From: an uncultured Alphaproteobacteria bacterium
GTDB taxonomy: Bacteria; Pseudomonadota; Alphaproteobacteria; Rs-D84
Assembly: GCA_944389555.1 (NCBI GenBank)
Contig: CALXMU010000002.1
Span: forward strand, 30,271-94,270
Direction of reading: 5' to 3'
DNA: 64,000 nt
Shown: in pieces, positions 36,262-47,027 of the stretch
Layout of the letters: every line of letters starts with the position of its first letter
How positions within the stretch are numbered: position 1 is the stretch's first letter
Notes under the pieces: model-generated
Seen by the model: only the letters and a program-made list of their open reading frames with translations
Databases searched by the model: none
What the model was told of the DNA's origin: nothing
Position numbers and translations under genes: made by a program

Positions 36262-38832
36262 TTATAAACTTAGTGTTGCTGTTGTAACGCTTTCTGGATC
36301 AGCGCAATATCCCCACTTTGTGTTAGCCCCCGTCTCATCATAGAAATATTTGAATAATTTATGTCCTGTTTTATCGTGTATATCATCTGTATCTTCTTCG
36401 CCTTCGTCGTCGACTTCACCGGTACCTTTTTCGTTTATCCATGGTGTATTAACCCATGTACCACCAAGGCGTTCGCATTCTTCCGATAAAGCCGTTGCCA
36501 TATCGACGCGAATAGAATCCATGACTACATTGACGTCTTCCAATACATTCATAGGTATAGCTTCTGTTCCGTTCATGATTTTATCATAGTCTGATGGACG
36601 AACGCATACCTGAGTTGCGTATTTTACAACTTTCTGGTATAAACTACCCGCATAATCCGTACCGCAATCTGTTTCTTTATTATATACTTCTTCTTCCTCT
36701 TCTTCGTCTCCTTCTTCTTTTATTTCAGGTGCGGCGGTTCCACCAGCGCATGTCGCGTTTGCAGGACAGAGCTCACAGGAGTTACCTATAACAGGCGTGC
36801 CGTTATAAGTCCACTCGTTATTTTGGTCTTTTGTGGCTAGATAATAACCAGAGTTGCATGAAAGATATTTTTTATATACATTGCATGAGTAGCCCTTGAT
36901 TGTGCCTGGTTGGTCGTCTCCTCCTCCTTCTCCCGGGTTTTCAGATGGTGGTGTCGAAGAAGATGTGTTATTCCACTGCAATTGATTACAATAAGATTTT
37001 GATGCATATATTGCATCACCTGGTGCATAAACTCGACAAGCATAAGGATATGAATGTAGACTATCATTGCTGGGTACTGTACACATATCTGTTGCGAAAG
37101 CTTCTAATAAAGAACGGCACTCCGCGGCAATCTTTTGGTCCGTTATGTCGTGCATCGCGGAAAGCAATAATTCTAATCCGTCGCCGTTAGGGTCACCATA
37201 TAGATTACTACAAGCGTTTAACTTTTCTTTACATAATTCTTCGGAAAGTTCTAAACGAGAACCTAATAATAATTCTTCTTTGACATTACTAAAGTCTTTT
37301 AATGATTCTGTTTGTTCATCGTAACATGCGTTTACAACGTCCAAGCAATTATTTTTTACGTCACGTATTTTTTCTTGTTGTCCTTGATATATCTCAACTA
37401 TAGCCTGTCTTACAAATTCGTCCCATACTTCATTAGCTATGTCACGACAGGTCTCTAAACCACGCTCTGCATATATACGTTTTTTATTTAGTTCAGCAAC
37501 AATTAAACGATTATTCGCGTTAGTCAGAACATCACCTTCTAATGATATTTGATTGCCCAATTGATAAAAGTTCTGGGTGTATATTGGTTCACCGGTGTCT
37601 CGGTTTAAATAAAGCCCTGTTATGTCTAGGCAATGTACATAATCTGTTCCACATGCGCTTTCTGCTGTAATATCTTTCCTTACTTGGGCAATACAGTCAT
37701 TTATGGCGGTTGAGTTATGAGCATTATAATTTTCTAATCTGGCTAAGTTCATCTCTCTTTCTGTTTCTCGTATAGAGCTGTTTGCCTGAACAAGTTTTGA
37801 ATCCAAAGCGTTTAATAATGTAGAACAATCGTTTTCAATATACATGCCATAAGCCGAAACGACCATGTCTAAGGTGGAAGAAGATGGACATTGTTCAGAA
37901 ATTAAATTTACGCATTGGGCATGAACTGCATTATATAATGCCTCGCCAGTTAAATTTGCAATGTTTTGTCCAGAGGCCAAATCAGTAGTTGCCCATATCT
38001 GATTTATATCTCCTGCAATATCTAATGTGCCAAGCGTAGATAACGCTTTATTCTTTGTTGATGATAAAACTTCCTGTATCCCCGCAAGTTGTTGAGATGA
38101 GGCAGAATTATCTTCTATTATTGCTAATTCTCCTTCGCTTGCATTAAGCATTGCGTTTACTTCCGCGGCTGTTTTAGGAATTACTTCTATATTTAAGTCT
38201 GTAAAGTCTTGTAATTGGCTTGACGTTTGAGAAAGAGCACGTTCTCGTTCTTGTACGTCGGTCAATCTTGAAGAGCATATGCAACGACGATATGTATCAT
38301 TTGCTGTCGCGCAAAACTGATCCATGCAAGTAAAATAAGCGTTTCTACAAGTGTTATAACCTGTACCGAATGTGTTAGTTACAGTTGTTGGGGCAATTGT
38401 TGTTGCGCGGGAACTTCTTGAAGGTGACGATATGGCGCTTCTTGCTGTACTTGTGGTTCCACTCCTTACAACGTTATTATTAGTGGCGCTTCGCGGAGAA
38501 CTAGTTGTTGTATTTGTCGTTGTGCTTCTGGCAATTGCGCCCGATCTTGCGGAAGTGGTTTGAGAAGATGCTGCGCTTCGAGACGTAGAACTGGATATGC
38601 CAGAAGTTCTATTCACCGTATTTGTTGTGTCACCGCGTGTGCTTAAAGTATTTGTGCGATTTGAGGTTTGAAGTGCGGGCGTCGTACGCGTTGTCGTTCT
38701 GGCAATGATATTTACATTATTATCGTCTGTAGATGTCTGTTGACGATTGATACTATTTTCACTACGAACGGCAGCCTCGACATTCGCGATGCCGATGCAA
38801 CACGCAACGATAAAGAATAAAATATTCCTCAT
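36262..38832 (-). CDS. Large secreted Cys-rich protein (856 aa), family member
   Basis: Signal peptide; T/S/R-rich linker; CRNAYFTCMDQFC...RRCICS; SCNSGYY...CELCPANATCAGG module. Confidence 0.88.
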   Translation of the reverse strand: MRNILFFIVACCIGIANVEAAVRSENSINRQQTSTDDNNVNIIARTTTRTTPALQTSNRTNTLSTRGDTTNTVNRTSGISSSTSRSAASSQTTSARSGAIARSTTTNTTTSSPRSATNNNVVRSGTTSTARSAISSPSRSSRATTIAPTTVTNTFGTGYNTCRNAYFTCMDQFCATANDTYRRCICSSRLTDVQERERALSQTSSQLQDFTDLNIEVIPKTAAEVNAMLNASEGELAIIEDNSASSQQLAGIQEVLSSTKNKALSTLGTLDIAGDINQIWATTDLASGQNIANLTGEALYNAVHAQCVNLISEQCPSSSTLDMVVSAYGMYIENDCSTLLNALDSKLVQANSSIRETEREMNLARLENYNAHNSTAINDCIAQVRKDITAESACGTDYVHCLDITGLYLNRDTGEPIYTQNFYQLGNQISLEGDVLTNANNRLIVAELNKKRIYAERGLETCRDIANEVWDEFVRQAIVEIYQGQQEKIRDVKNNCLDVVNACYDEQTESLKDFSNVKEELLLGSRLELSEELCKEKLNACSNLYGDPNGDGLELLLSAMHDITDQKIAAECRSLLEAFATDMCTVPSNDSLHSYPYACRVYAPGDAIYASKSYCNQLQWNNTSSSTPPSENPGEGGGDDQPGTIKGYSCNVYKKYLSCNSGYYLATKDQNNEWTYNGTPVIGNSCELCPANATCAGGTAAPEIKEEGDEEEEEEVYNKETDCGTDYAGSLYQKVVKYATQVCVRPSDYDKIMNGTEAIPMNVLEDVNVVMDSIRVDMATALSEECERLGGTWVNTPWINEKGTGEVDDEGEEDTDDIHDKTGHKLFKYFYDETGANTKWGYCADPESVTTATLSL

Positions 38833-38945
38833 ACTTCTTTTATATATAAAATAATGATAGCAAAAATATATTTTTATGGAAAGTAATATTTCGTCGGGTT
38901 ATAAGGATTTTTATCAATAAAAAATCCCGCTGTCGCGGGACTGGT

Positions 38946-39200
38946 TTAATTATTTTCTGCATTTGCTTCATTTGTGCTGCGTACGCGTTCTACAAATGTT
39001 ATGCGACCTTTATCCAAATCATAAGGAGTCATTTCCACGCGAACGTGTTCCCCTACGTTTACCCATATGCGAGCTTTACGCATCTTTCCGCATACAGTTG
39101 CCAGAATTTCGTGTCCGTTTTCTAGTTTTACGCGAAACATAGTGTTGGGCAGCTTGTCTTCAACAACGCCGCTAAAAACTATTACATCATCTTTTGCCAT
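38946..39200 (-). CDS. infA: Translation initiation factor IF-1
   Basis: MAKDDVI...[14 protein letters not shown]...[13 protein letters not shown]. Confidence 0.96.
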   Translation of the reverse strand: MAKDDVIVFSGVVEDKLPNTMFRVKLENGHEILATVCGKMRKARIWVNVGEHVRVEMTPYDLDKGRITFVERVRSTNEANAENN

Positions 39201-39345
39201 AAATTATCCTATGTATTTACTTAAAAAAATTTCGAGGTCTATGATATTATTTTGCAGAAAAAATTGCAAGTTGTTTTTATCTGCTTGCACATTGGGGGGG
39301 CTTTTGATAAAATTATATGTAAATATAAAGCGTAGGAAGGGACAT

Positions 39346-41502
39346 ATGAAACTAGGACTTTTTTTAGGTTTGTTGTGTCTGTTACCTGGATTTGCGGGTG
39401 CAGCAACGCGTGACGATTCAGCTGTTCGTGTGGGGGTAAGTCGTGTATCGCAGGCTGGTGTTCATGCTCCTAATATGTCGCCAAATTTATCTAGTACATC
39501 AACTTCTATGCCAACATTAAATGTCAACCCAGGGGTAACAAGGCCGTCTGCAGGTGGAGAAAGTAGTAAGCCAGAAGCAGGTGGAACTTCCGATGAAAAT
39601 AAAGATGATAGTGTTGTCACAAGTCAATCGTGTAGAGATGCTTATAGAGCTTGTATGGATGAGTTTTGTTTATTGGATGAATCAGAAGGAAATCGTTGTG
39701 CGTGTTCGTCTAATATAAATCAGTCAAAATCTTTAATACAAGAGATTCAAGAAATTCAAGAGGAAGCAGATAAACTTTATACAGAGGGCGTTGAACGCGA
39801 GCAGTTGGGGGCTCAGGCTAAGTTGGTTTTCGGTGAAAGTGAAGCCGCACAAAAAAGTTCTCGTATATCAGGTATAAGTTTTTCTGATTGGATAAAAAGC
39901 GGTACAGAAGAAGAAGTAAGTTTGGGTATGGATAGTGATATAGGTGACCCTTTATATGCTATGGCTTCCGAGTATTGCGCGGACAGATTGGCGGCATGTG
40001 GTAAAGATGCGGAAATGGAGGAAGTTTTGTATGCACGCCAAATCGTACAAGATTGTAAAAACTTTGAATCTTACTTAAAAGATCAAAAATCAATTGCGGA
40101 ATTAAATAAACGTACAGCAGAAGCGGCTGTGCGCCAAGCTCGTTTAGAAATGCTGGATACAACCAATAAGTATAATCGAGGGGAATGTCTGTTAGCTTAT
40201 CGTTCTTGCATTTCTGATAAAGGTGGTTGCGGTGTAAACTTTGAAAACTGTCTTGATGCTGATTTGTTGTCTCGTCGTGCAAATGCTTGTGAAAATGTTT
40301 TGGATCAATGTATGGCTGTACGCGAATATGTTTTGCAAGATTGGGAAGACGAAGCGGTAAGTATTTTAGCTGATGCCGCAAAATATGCGGATCGTAATGC
40401 TCGTGCAACTTGTTTGGCAAGAATTCAGTTGTGCTTGGAAGACAGTTGTTCTACAGAAACAAATTCTGCGTGTTTAACAGATGTAAATGTGGCGGCCGGT
40501 ATTTGCCCGGTCATTGATGAATGCGAAGAAATGATTCCTGGTATAAAATCTGCAGTAAATGATAAGTTAGGCTATCTGCGCACACAGTTTTGTCAAAACG
40601 ATATAGATGCTTGTTTGCGTGATAGATGCGGTGATAACTTTACGGCTCCAGAATGTGTAGGTAAAAGTGCTTTGGAAATTGCAGATATGTGTCCGCAAAG
40701 TATGTTCCCATCATGTAAAAACGAGACCCAGTTTGATATAATAGTACAGGCGGCAATGTTGCAGATGGATTATCAAATGTTGCAGGGGTGCTTGAATTAC
40801 TTTAGTGAACAACTTGGTAACGTTTGCGGTACAGATATGTCTTGTTTGCCAACGGATACTCAAATTACTTCATTAGTTGCAGTGCCTGATACTCAAGAGG
40901 GTTTGGCGGCTTTGCGTGAAACAGTTCGTTCAAATACAGAAAATGCGGTTGATGAATTCTTTAAGCAGTTTGAACAAGATAAAACAGTTGCTGCATGTCA
41001 AGACAGTCAGAAACCGGCAGATAGAGACAGTTTAGGCGATAGTGTGTTTAATAGCGCAAAAATGATTGCTCAGATAAGCGCAGAAAATCGTGCAATGCGT
41101 GAGTTAGAATCAAAAATTGCTGAGTTGTCTCGTCAACAAGATTTAGAACAGGCAGAAGAAAATTGTTATAATACATACCAAGTAGAAACGCCGGACAAGT
41201 CAAGTAAGAATTATAGTTATATTCGCAGCGTTTCGTTTGAGCCGGCTTTACGTAATTGCCACGTATGCCGTATGCAACAGGTTTGTGAAACTGGCGGACA
41301 ATCAAAAGGTACGGCTGGTTTGCAAGGCGCAGCAGGTGGTTTAGCAGCTGGCGCGTCTGCCGGTACGATGGTTTCACCGGGTTGGGGAACGGCAATCGGT
41401 GCTATCGTCGGTGGGGTTGGCGGATTCTTTGCGGGAAGAAGCGCTGGTGGTGAACAAGAGTTCTGTCAAGAAATTGAAAGCTGTGAAGATATAAATATGT
41501 AA
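39346..41502 (+). CDS. Large secreted Cys-rich protein with C-terminal glycine zipper, family member
   Basis: Start placed at ATG 39346 (MKLGLFLGLLCLLPGFAGA, after GGAAGG); CRDAYRACMDEFC...RCACS; NKYNRGEC; GWGTAIGAIVGGVGGFFAG. Confidence 0.88.
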   Translation: MKLGLFLGLLCLLPGFAGAATRDDSAVRVGVSRVSQAGVHAPNMSPNLSSTSTSMPTLNVNPGVTRPSAGGESSKPEAGGTSDENKDDSVVTSQSCRDAYRACMDEFCLLDESEGNRCACSSNINQSKSLIQEIQEIQEEADKLYTEGVEREQLGAQAKLVFGESEAAQKSSRISGISFSDWIKSGTEEEVSLGMDSDIGDPLYAMASEYCADRLAACGKDAEMEEVLYARQIVQDCKNFESYLKDQKSIAELNKRTAEAAVRQARLEMLDTTNKYNRGECLLAYRSCISDKGGCGVNFENCLDADLLSRRANACENVLDQCMAVREYVLQDWEDEAVSILADAAKYADRNARATCLARIQLCLEDSCSTETNSACLTDVNVAAGICPVIDECEEMIPGIKSAVNDKLGYLRTQFCQNDIDACLRDRCGDNFTAPECVGKSALEIADMCPQSMFPSCKNETQFDIIVQAAMLQMDYQMLQGCLNYFSEQLGNVCGTDMSCLPTDTQITSLVAVPDTQEGLAALRETVRSNTENAVDEFFKQFEQDKTVAACQDSQKPADRDSLGDSVFNSAKMIAQISAENRAMRELESKIAELSRQQDLEQAEENCYNTYQVETPDKSSKNYSYIRSVSFEPALRNCHVCRMQQVCETGGQSKGTAGLQGAAGGLAAGASAGTMVSPGWGTAIGAIVGGVGGFFAGRSAGGEQEFCQEIESCEDINM

Positions 41503-41554
41503 CTCTTAATTTGTGTTACGTATGTCGTTTATCGGCATGTCGGGAGAGAAGATT

Positions 41555-44065
41555 ATGAAGTTCAAAACAATTTGTACTTATTTAGTTAGTTTGTGCGCAT
41601 TGATGGTGGTAACAAACTCTTATGCCTTGACGACTTCTAAGACTAGTCGTCAATCCGCAATTCAGCAGGGTACAACTGTTAGAACTAAAGTTGAAGCAAC
41701 CGGTTTATATGATCAGGCCTGTTATGATGCTTACTTTGGATGTATGGATCAGTTTTGCATTACGGATAACGCTAGTGGCGGGGCATGTAATTGTAGTGAT
41801 AATATTGCCGAATATGATAAAGAATTGGCCGAAATACAAGATATTTTAAGTGAAGCTAATCGTTTGAGAACTGAAGAAGTTGAACGTGTTAAAGCCGGAG
41901 CCGATGCAGATATTGTCTTTACTGGTGAAAGACGTTATGATGCAGACGGTAACATTTTGGCAGAAGGTGAATTGACAGAAGAAGAACAAAAAGCACAAAA
42001 ACGCGCAGATTTATTGGCCATATTTAATACAAATTTATATGAAGATGATATTTTTGAAGACCAGAGTACTGTTGCCAATATGGCTGATATGACGGGAAGT
42101 GAGTTATATAATGCTGCTAATAATTTGTGCGTGAATCAGGTACCAGATTCTTGTGCGGGGGATATAGTTTTCTTACAACAACTTTATTCACGACAGATAA
42201 CATCCGATTGTTTAGGGTACAAAAATTCTTTGGCGCAGCAACGTGATAATGCAGAAAACGAATTAGCCGCAGCAGAGTCCGAAGTCAGAGCCGCGTTGCA
42301 AGAAAGTTTTGAAAGCGCAAATAAATATGACCTAGGGCAATGTATGGTTGAATTTAAGAAGTGTATGCAAACAGATGATGCCTGCGGTGAAAATTGGGAA
42401 AATTGCGTTGCAACAATAGCAATGGAAAATATGCAAAATAATACTGCGACAAGTACCGCTGGAACAACTGTTGCGACGGTTGATACGTATGATATAACGA
42501 CTTCTACAATGAATATATTGAATACGAAACGTCCGATTTGTGAAAATGTTTTGGATCAATGCGTTGCCGTGCGTGACTTGGTATGGCCAAATTTCTTACG
42601 CGAAGCCGCCCCTACAATTAAAGTCGCAGAATCTCAGGCAGAATCAAAATTTCGTCAGTCTTGTTTAACGAATATTTCAGATTGTATTCAAACTGCCTGT
42701 AAAGATGATATCGCTGGCAAGGGAATTGCAACGATGGACGCTTGTTTATCCCGTCCGGAAATGGCGCGTAGTTTTTGTAAGGTTGAAATAGACCCTTGTG
42801 AGCGCATGGAACCTTTGATTTGGGGATATGTGGAAGATAAATTGGCGGCAATGCGTGTAGACGCTTGTACACAAGAAGTTAAAGATTGCTTTACCGCAGA
42901 TACCCGTTGCGGACCGAATTTTGAAAACTGTATCGGTATGGATTATGATTACATTCATGACATATGTCCGATAGACAGTTTAGTCGTTTGTAAAGCCAAT
43001 AACCCTAATTTCTCTATGGATGATTTAGATAGTATGTTGATGGGGTTGTATTTAAACATAGACAATGCGATGATGGAGCAGTGCCAGAATTTAGTTGATA
43101 AGAAAATGGCAGAAGTTTGTGGCAGCACCACAGATTGTAATAGATTTGCATCTGATGATACTATCGGAACGGGTTCGTTACGTTCACAGAAAGACGGGAC
43201 AATATATCGTGTAACTGGAATGATTTCTTTCGGTAGTATTAAAATGGGTGACGCTAGCGGGCAAACAAGAATAGACGATGGTGAGGGTGGAACAACTGTT
43301 CTTGGGGCCGGAGAAATAGGGGTTTCTGAATATCTGGCAAAAATTAAAGAAAGTAATGCTGGCGTTGCAAATGCAGATGGTATCATTTCTTCTATAGAAG
43401 AAGAATTGAATAATATTGCCGGTACAATAAATCGTACTATAGAAATGATAGAAAGCGACCCAGAAATACAATATTGTGTAAGCGGACGGGATTTATCGCA
43501 AATTACTGGTGAAAAGGGTGCGTCAACAACTGGACGTTTCCCAAACTTATTAAATCAGGTAAAAATGCAGATAGCCGTTGCAGCTTTACGTCAGGCGCAG
43601 GATAATTATAATACCAAATTAAATTACGAGATTGCAGAGGCAACTAAAAATGCTTCTACAGATTTAGCGCAATATATGTGTCAGAAAATAGCCGAAAATG
43701 GTGGGGCAGGTGGCGGTGATATAAACGCTTCAACGCCTTTGACGGGACCATATGCCATAAGTTATGATGTTGGTTCTGGCCTGTCCACTGAAGATTTGGC
43801 CAAAGGTGGTGCTGGCGTTTTACAGTCTGACGGAGTAACCTTTAAGAATAGCGGATATTTAGGTGGCTCAAGCATGAATGGTGGCGGTGTGACGAAAACA
43901 GTTAGGGCGATATTTAGTCGTGATACTAGAACTTGCCACATATGTACACAAACGACTTCTCAAAATTGTAAGACTACGGGTAGTAGCAGTTGGTTCCATA
44001 ATAACCGTAATACTAGCTGTACTACAGATGTATCCGAAGAAGTTTGTGAAGATATAGTTATGTAA
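41555..44065 (+). CDS. Large secreted Cys-rich protein, full-length paralog of the 8531 gene
   Basis: Start placed at ATG 41555; CYDAYFGCMDQFC, ANKYDLGQCMVEFKKCM, DPEIQYCVSGR, GRFP. Confidence 0.88.
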   Translation: MKFKTICTYLVSLCALMVVTNSYALTTSKTSRQSAIQQGTTVRTKVEATGLYDQACYDAYFGCMDQFCITDNASGGACNCSDNIAEYDKELAEIQDILSEANRLRTEEVERVKAGADADIVFTGERRYDADGNILAEGELTEEEQKAQKRADLLAIFNTNLYEDDIFEDQSTVANMADMTGSELYNAANNLCVNQVPDSCAGDIVFLQQLYSRQITSDCLGYKNSLAQQRDNAENELAAAESEVRAALQESFESANKYDLGQCMVEFKKCMQTDDACGENWENCVATIAMENMQNNTATSTAGTTVATVDTYDITTSTMNILNTKRPICENVLDQCVAVRDLVWPNFLREAAPTIKVAESQAESKFRQSCLTNISDCIQTACKDDIAGKGIATMDACLSRPEMARSFCKVEIDPCERMEPLIWGYVEDKLAAMRVDACTQEVKDCFTADTRCGPNFENCIGMDYDYIHDICPIDSLVVCKANNPNFSMDDLDSMLMGLYLNIDNAMMEQCQNLVDKKMAEVCGSTTDCNRFASDDTIGTGSLRSQKDGTIYRVTGMISFGSIKMGDASGQTRIDDGEGGTTVLGAGEIGVSEYLAKIKESNAGVANADGIISSIEEELNNIAGTINRTIEMIESDPEIQYCVSGRDLSQITGEKGASTTGRFPNLLNQVKMQIAVAALRQAQDNYNTKLNYEIAEATKNASTDLAQYMCQKIAENGGAGGGDINASTPLTGPYAISYDVGSGLSTEDLAKGGAGVLQSDGVTFKNSGYLGGSSMNGGGVTKTVRAIFSRDTRTCHICTQTTSQNCKTTGSSSWFHNNRNTSCTTDVSEEVCEDIVM

Positions 44066-44067
44066 GT

Positions 44068-44089
44068 TAAACCCGCTTAGGCGGGTTTA
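44068..44089 (+). terminator. Intrinsic terminator
   Basis: AAACCCGC-TTAG-GCGGGTTT. Confidence 0.7.
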
Positions 44090-44183
44090 TAATTAGTATA
44101 AAAAAATTCCTAGATATTTATTAAAATAAATGTGATATTATTATCGCAAGGTTAAACATAAAAAGTACAAAAGGGGGAAGTAT

Positions 44184-44567
44184 ATGAAAAAAGTTTCTGT
44201 TATGGCTATTGCTAGTATCTTAACAGTTGGTTCCGCATTCGCCGATTTCCAACCGAATAATCCATCTGCGGTTAAGACATCTCCTATGGGTGGTTTCGTT
44301 GGAGGTAAAGAAACAATCGTTACTGTAAAACAAGTAAAAGAAATGCGTGATGATGTACCAGTGGTTGTTCAAGGAAATATCTTGCAACGTATGGGAGACG
44401 ATAAATATTTGTTTGAAGATTCAACTGGGTCTATAACCGTTGAAATAGATAATGAAGATTGGCGCGGTCAGACTGTTTCGCCGGCAGATACCGTAAAATT
44501 ATATGGTGAAGTTGATGCAGGTCTATTCAAAACAGAAATCGATGTAGATTATGTTGAGAAAATATAA
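44184..44567 (+). CDS. YgiW/YdeI (bacterial OB-fold) periplasmic protein
   Basis: Signal peptide; RDDVPVVVQGNIL, DDKYLFEDSTGSITVEID, VKLYGEVD. Confidence 0.88.
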   Translation: MKKVSVMAIASILTVGSAFADFQPNNPSAVKTSPMGGFVGGKETIVTVKQVKEMRDDVPVVVQGNILQRMGDDKYLFEDSTGSITVEIDNEDWRGQTVSPADTVKLYGEVDAGLFKTEIDVDYVEKI

Positions 44568-44580
44568 ATAGATTTTTATA

Positions 44581-44610
44581 AAAAAGCGCGCCGTTTTTAG
44601 GCGCGTTTTT
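44581..44610. terminator. Bidirectional terminator
   Basis: AAAAAGCGCGCC...GGCGCGTTTTT. Confidence 0.7.
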
Positions 44611-45680
44611 TATCTATTAGTTAATTGTAATTCTATTCTGCGATTTTGTTGCAGGCTTTGATCGTCTGTTCCCAATGCAACGGGATGTAAATCTCCGAAC
44701 CCACTTGGGACTAGTCTACGACGAGAAACACCATCTTTTGCTAGCTCTTTAGCTACCGCGTTCGCGCGTAACAAAGACAATTCCATATTGTTAGAATACC
44801 CACGTGTGCCGGGTACAACTTGCTTACGATCCGTATGACCGTCAACGCGGATAATCCAATTTACGTTTGAAGGTATTTTGTCTTCTAAGTCTTTTATCAC
44901 ATTTGCTATCAAACGTAATTGGTTTTTACCTTCTTGCGACAAAGTATAAGAACCGCTGCCGAATAAAATGTCACTAGATATTATAAAACGGTCACCTTCT
45001 GTTTTTATGAAACTATCTTCACCCAAAGCGTCTTTTATCGCTTTATAAAATGCGGACTGATATTGTGCGACACTATTTAATTCGGCAACTTTATCGGCCA
45101 AAGCTTTATTCAGTCGCGTAGACATTTCTACATATTGAATGTCTTTTTGATGAGATTCTTCTTCGGCGGCATCTAATGCTGATTGCAATTTATTCAGTTG
45201 GTCCGCCAAAGCTGCGCGTTGCGACGCCATTTGTTCTTGTAATTCACGACGTTCTTGTTCTAATTCCGCTGTGCGCTGTTTGTCCAGATTCGCTTGATTT
45301 AATTGCGCGGTTAAATCTGAAACTTTTTGTTCGTAATCTGCAATAAGTTCTTCTAAGCTAACATCAACTCGCTCAAGTTCCGAAGTAAGTTCTTCATTAT
45401 TTGCAGATAAATTTTCTAATTCGGCGCGTGCCAATACCAATAAGCGTTTGGCTTCTTCTTCATCAGCACTCATTTGTACGATTCGTTGCGCTTGTTCTTC
45501 ATTAGTGCGTTTAAGATCTGCAACCGTTTTTGCTCCAGTATCTTTATTAAATACGCTGGTTGTTGTCCACAAGAACACAAATACTATAAGTAGAAAGATT
45601 AGTATAATTACCAGATTCGAGAATAGATCTACGAAAGCCGGCCATGTGTTTGTCTTTTCACGAAATCTTATATTTAACAT
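44610..45680 (-). CDS. MotB/OmpA-like peptidoglycan-binding protein with long coiled coil
   Basis: TM motif WPAFVDL; ILFGSGSYTL, IRVDGHTD, LSLLRANAV, NRRIEL. Confidence 0.88.
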   Translation of the reverse strand: MLNIRFREKTNTWPAFVDLFSNLVIILIFLLIVFVFLWTTTSVFNKDTGAKTVADLKRTNEEQAQRIVQMSADEEEAKRLLVLARAELENLSANNEELTSELERVDVSLEELIADYEQKVSDLTAQLNQANLDKQRTAELEQERRELQEQMASQRAALADQLNKLQSALDAAEEESHQKDIQYVEMSTRLNKALADKVAELNSVAQYQSAFYKAIKDALGEDSFIKTEGDRFIISSDILFGSGSYTLSQEGKNQLRLIANVIKDLEDKIPSNVNWIIRVDGHTDRKQVVPGTRGYSNNMELSLLRANAVAKELAKDGVSRRRLVPSGFGDLHPVALGTDDQSLQQNRRIELQLTNR

Positions 45681-45710
45681 ATTTTCCCTCTCGCTTGACG
45701 TTAGTTTTTA

Positions 45711-46487
45711 TCAGGCTATTTCTGAAAAAGTTTGCTTCAGTTCTTTTACGCTTTTATTTAATTCATTTGTTGCGGTTTGTATCTGTGGCAGAACGGTCGC
45801 GACGGTATCTGTTGATGCAATGCTGGTATGCGCAGATAAATAATCTTCTAATTCACGGAAAATTCCGTTTTGTGCCAATTGAACCTGTAAGCCAAGAAAT
45901 CCGATTGTTAAACTGCCGGCTAGCCCCATTAAAGAACTTGTAAACGCAGTTGCCATACCAGATAATGGGCGCGTTAAACCGTTCTGCATAGTTGTCATTA
46001 CAGCGTCATCGGCAAAATTTAAATTACCGATTAAATCGGCAAAACCGCCAACTGTGACTATCAACCCCCAGAATGTTCCAAGTAAACCTAAAAATATAAG
46101 AGTATTTGTTATGTAACGAATAGATTCACGAGAATCTTCGAAACGTAATAAAATCATATCTAACATACCGTTAAGTGTTGCGGCAGAAATACGAACGGGA
46201 CGGGCGCGAAGAATTAACGCAACCGGTCTTAATAAACGTGGGGGCAGGGGAGCATTTTTACGCCCAGAAAAATATGCTTTTGCCCATCTATATTCTGGCA
46301 AAAGGCGGAACATTTCAACAAAACACAAGCCAATTCCAAATATTGCCGTACCAATTATGATGCCGTTTAATAAGATATTAGCAGCGGCAACCTGTAAGAA
46401 CGGGTCATAAAACAAAATTAAACCAGCAACTAAAAAAGCTGTAAATAACGCCATTCTGTTCAAAGCGTGATGGAACTGATTTGTCAT
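45711..46487 (-). CDS. MotA/TolQ/ExbB-like membrane protein
   Basis: LIFLGLLGTFWGL, LSGMATAFTSSLMGL; directly upstream of the MotB-like gene. Confidence 0.8.
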   Translation of the reverse strand: MTNQFHHALNRMALFTAFLVAGLILFYDPFLQVAAANILLNGIIIGTAIFGIGLCFVEMFRLLPEYRWAKAYFSGRKNAPLPPRLLRPVALILRARPVRISAATLNGMLDMILLRFEDSRESIRYITNTLIFLGLLGTFWGLIVTVGGFADLIGNLNFADDAVMTTMQNGLTRPLSGMATAFTSSLMGLAGSLTIGFLGLQVQLAQNGIFRELEDYLSAHTSIASTDTVATVLPQIQTATNELNKSVKELKQTFSEIA

Positions 46488-46688
46488 ATGATCTCTCTTC
46501 TTTATTATAAGATGATAGTAAACTTTACAGATTTAAGTCAACAAAAGATTACAAAGAAATGTTTAATAAAATCTCTGTCTAGTATGAAGCATAGAAAATG
46601 CTTGATTTTATTAAAAAAATCGGCATAATGTGGGAAGTTCCTGCTAATAGTAATGGTACTATTGGCTGTATAAACCAAAGGAAAAAAA

Positions 46689-47027
46689 ATGGCTTATTAT
46701 GAAAGCGTCTTGGTTTTTCGCCAGGACTTAACAGAACCGCAGGTTAAAGAAAAAGCGGCAAAATACACAGAAATTATTAAGGAACTGGGCGGTGACGTAA
46801 AATCCACAGAATTCTGGGGTTTGAAAAACTTAGCCTATGTAATCCGTAAAAATCGTAAGGCTCATTACGTTATGTTTAACGTAGAATTAGCCGGTGATAA
46901 AATCGCGGAATTAGAACGTCGTGCGCGTATTGACGAAGACGTTATTCGTTTCTTGAACGTTCGCGTTGCTGCGTTGTCAACAACACCGTCTATAATGATG
47001 AAGAAAAATAATGAAGAGGTAGAATAA
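46689..47027 (+). CDS. rpsF: 30S ribosomal protein S6
   Basis: [30 protein letters not shown]. Confidence 0.97.
   Translation: MAYYESVLVFRQDLTEPQVKEKAAKYTEIIKELGGDVKSTEFWGLKNLAYVIRKNRKAHYVMFNVELAGDKIAELERRARIDEDVIRFLNVRVAALSTTPSIMMKKNNEEVE

Noticed and set aside
39067-39345. N-terminal extension of the 811-aa ORF; similar extended starts for rplO, rpsK, rpoA, nrdR, clpB and rpmB
   Set aside because: The 39067 extension overlaps infA; in all cases downstream ATGs with an RBS, signal peptide or family-typical N-terminus fit better
44610-46487. Zorya anti-phage system
   Set aside because: No zorC/D/E neighbours, and the MotA-like protein lacks a long ZorA tail
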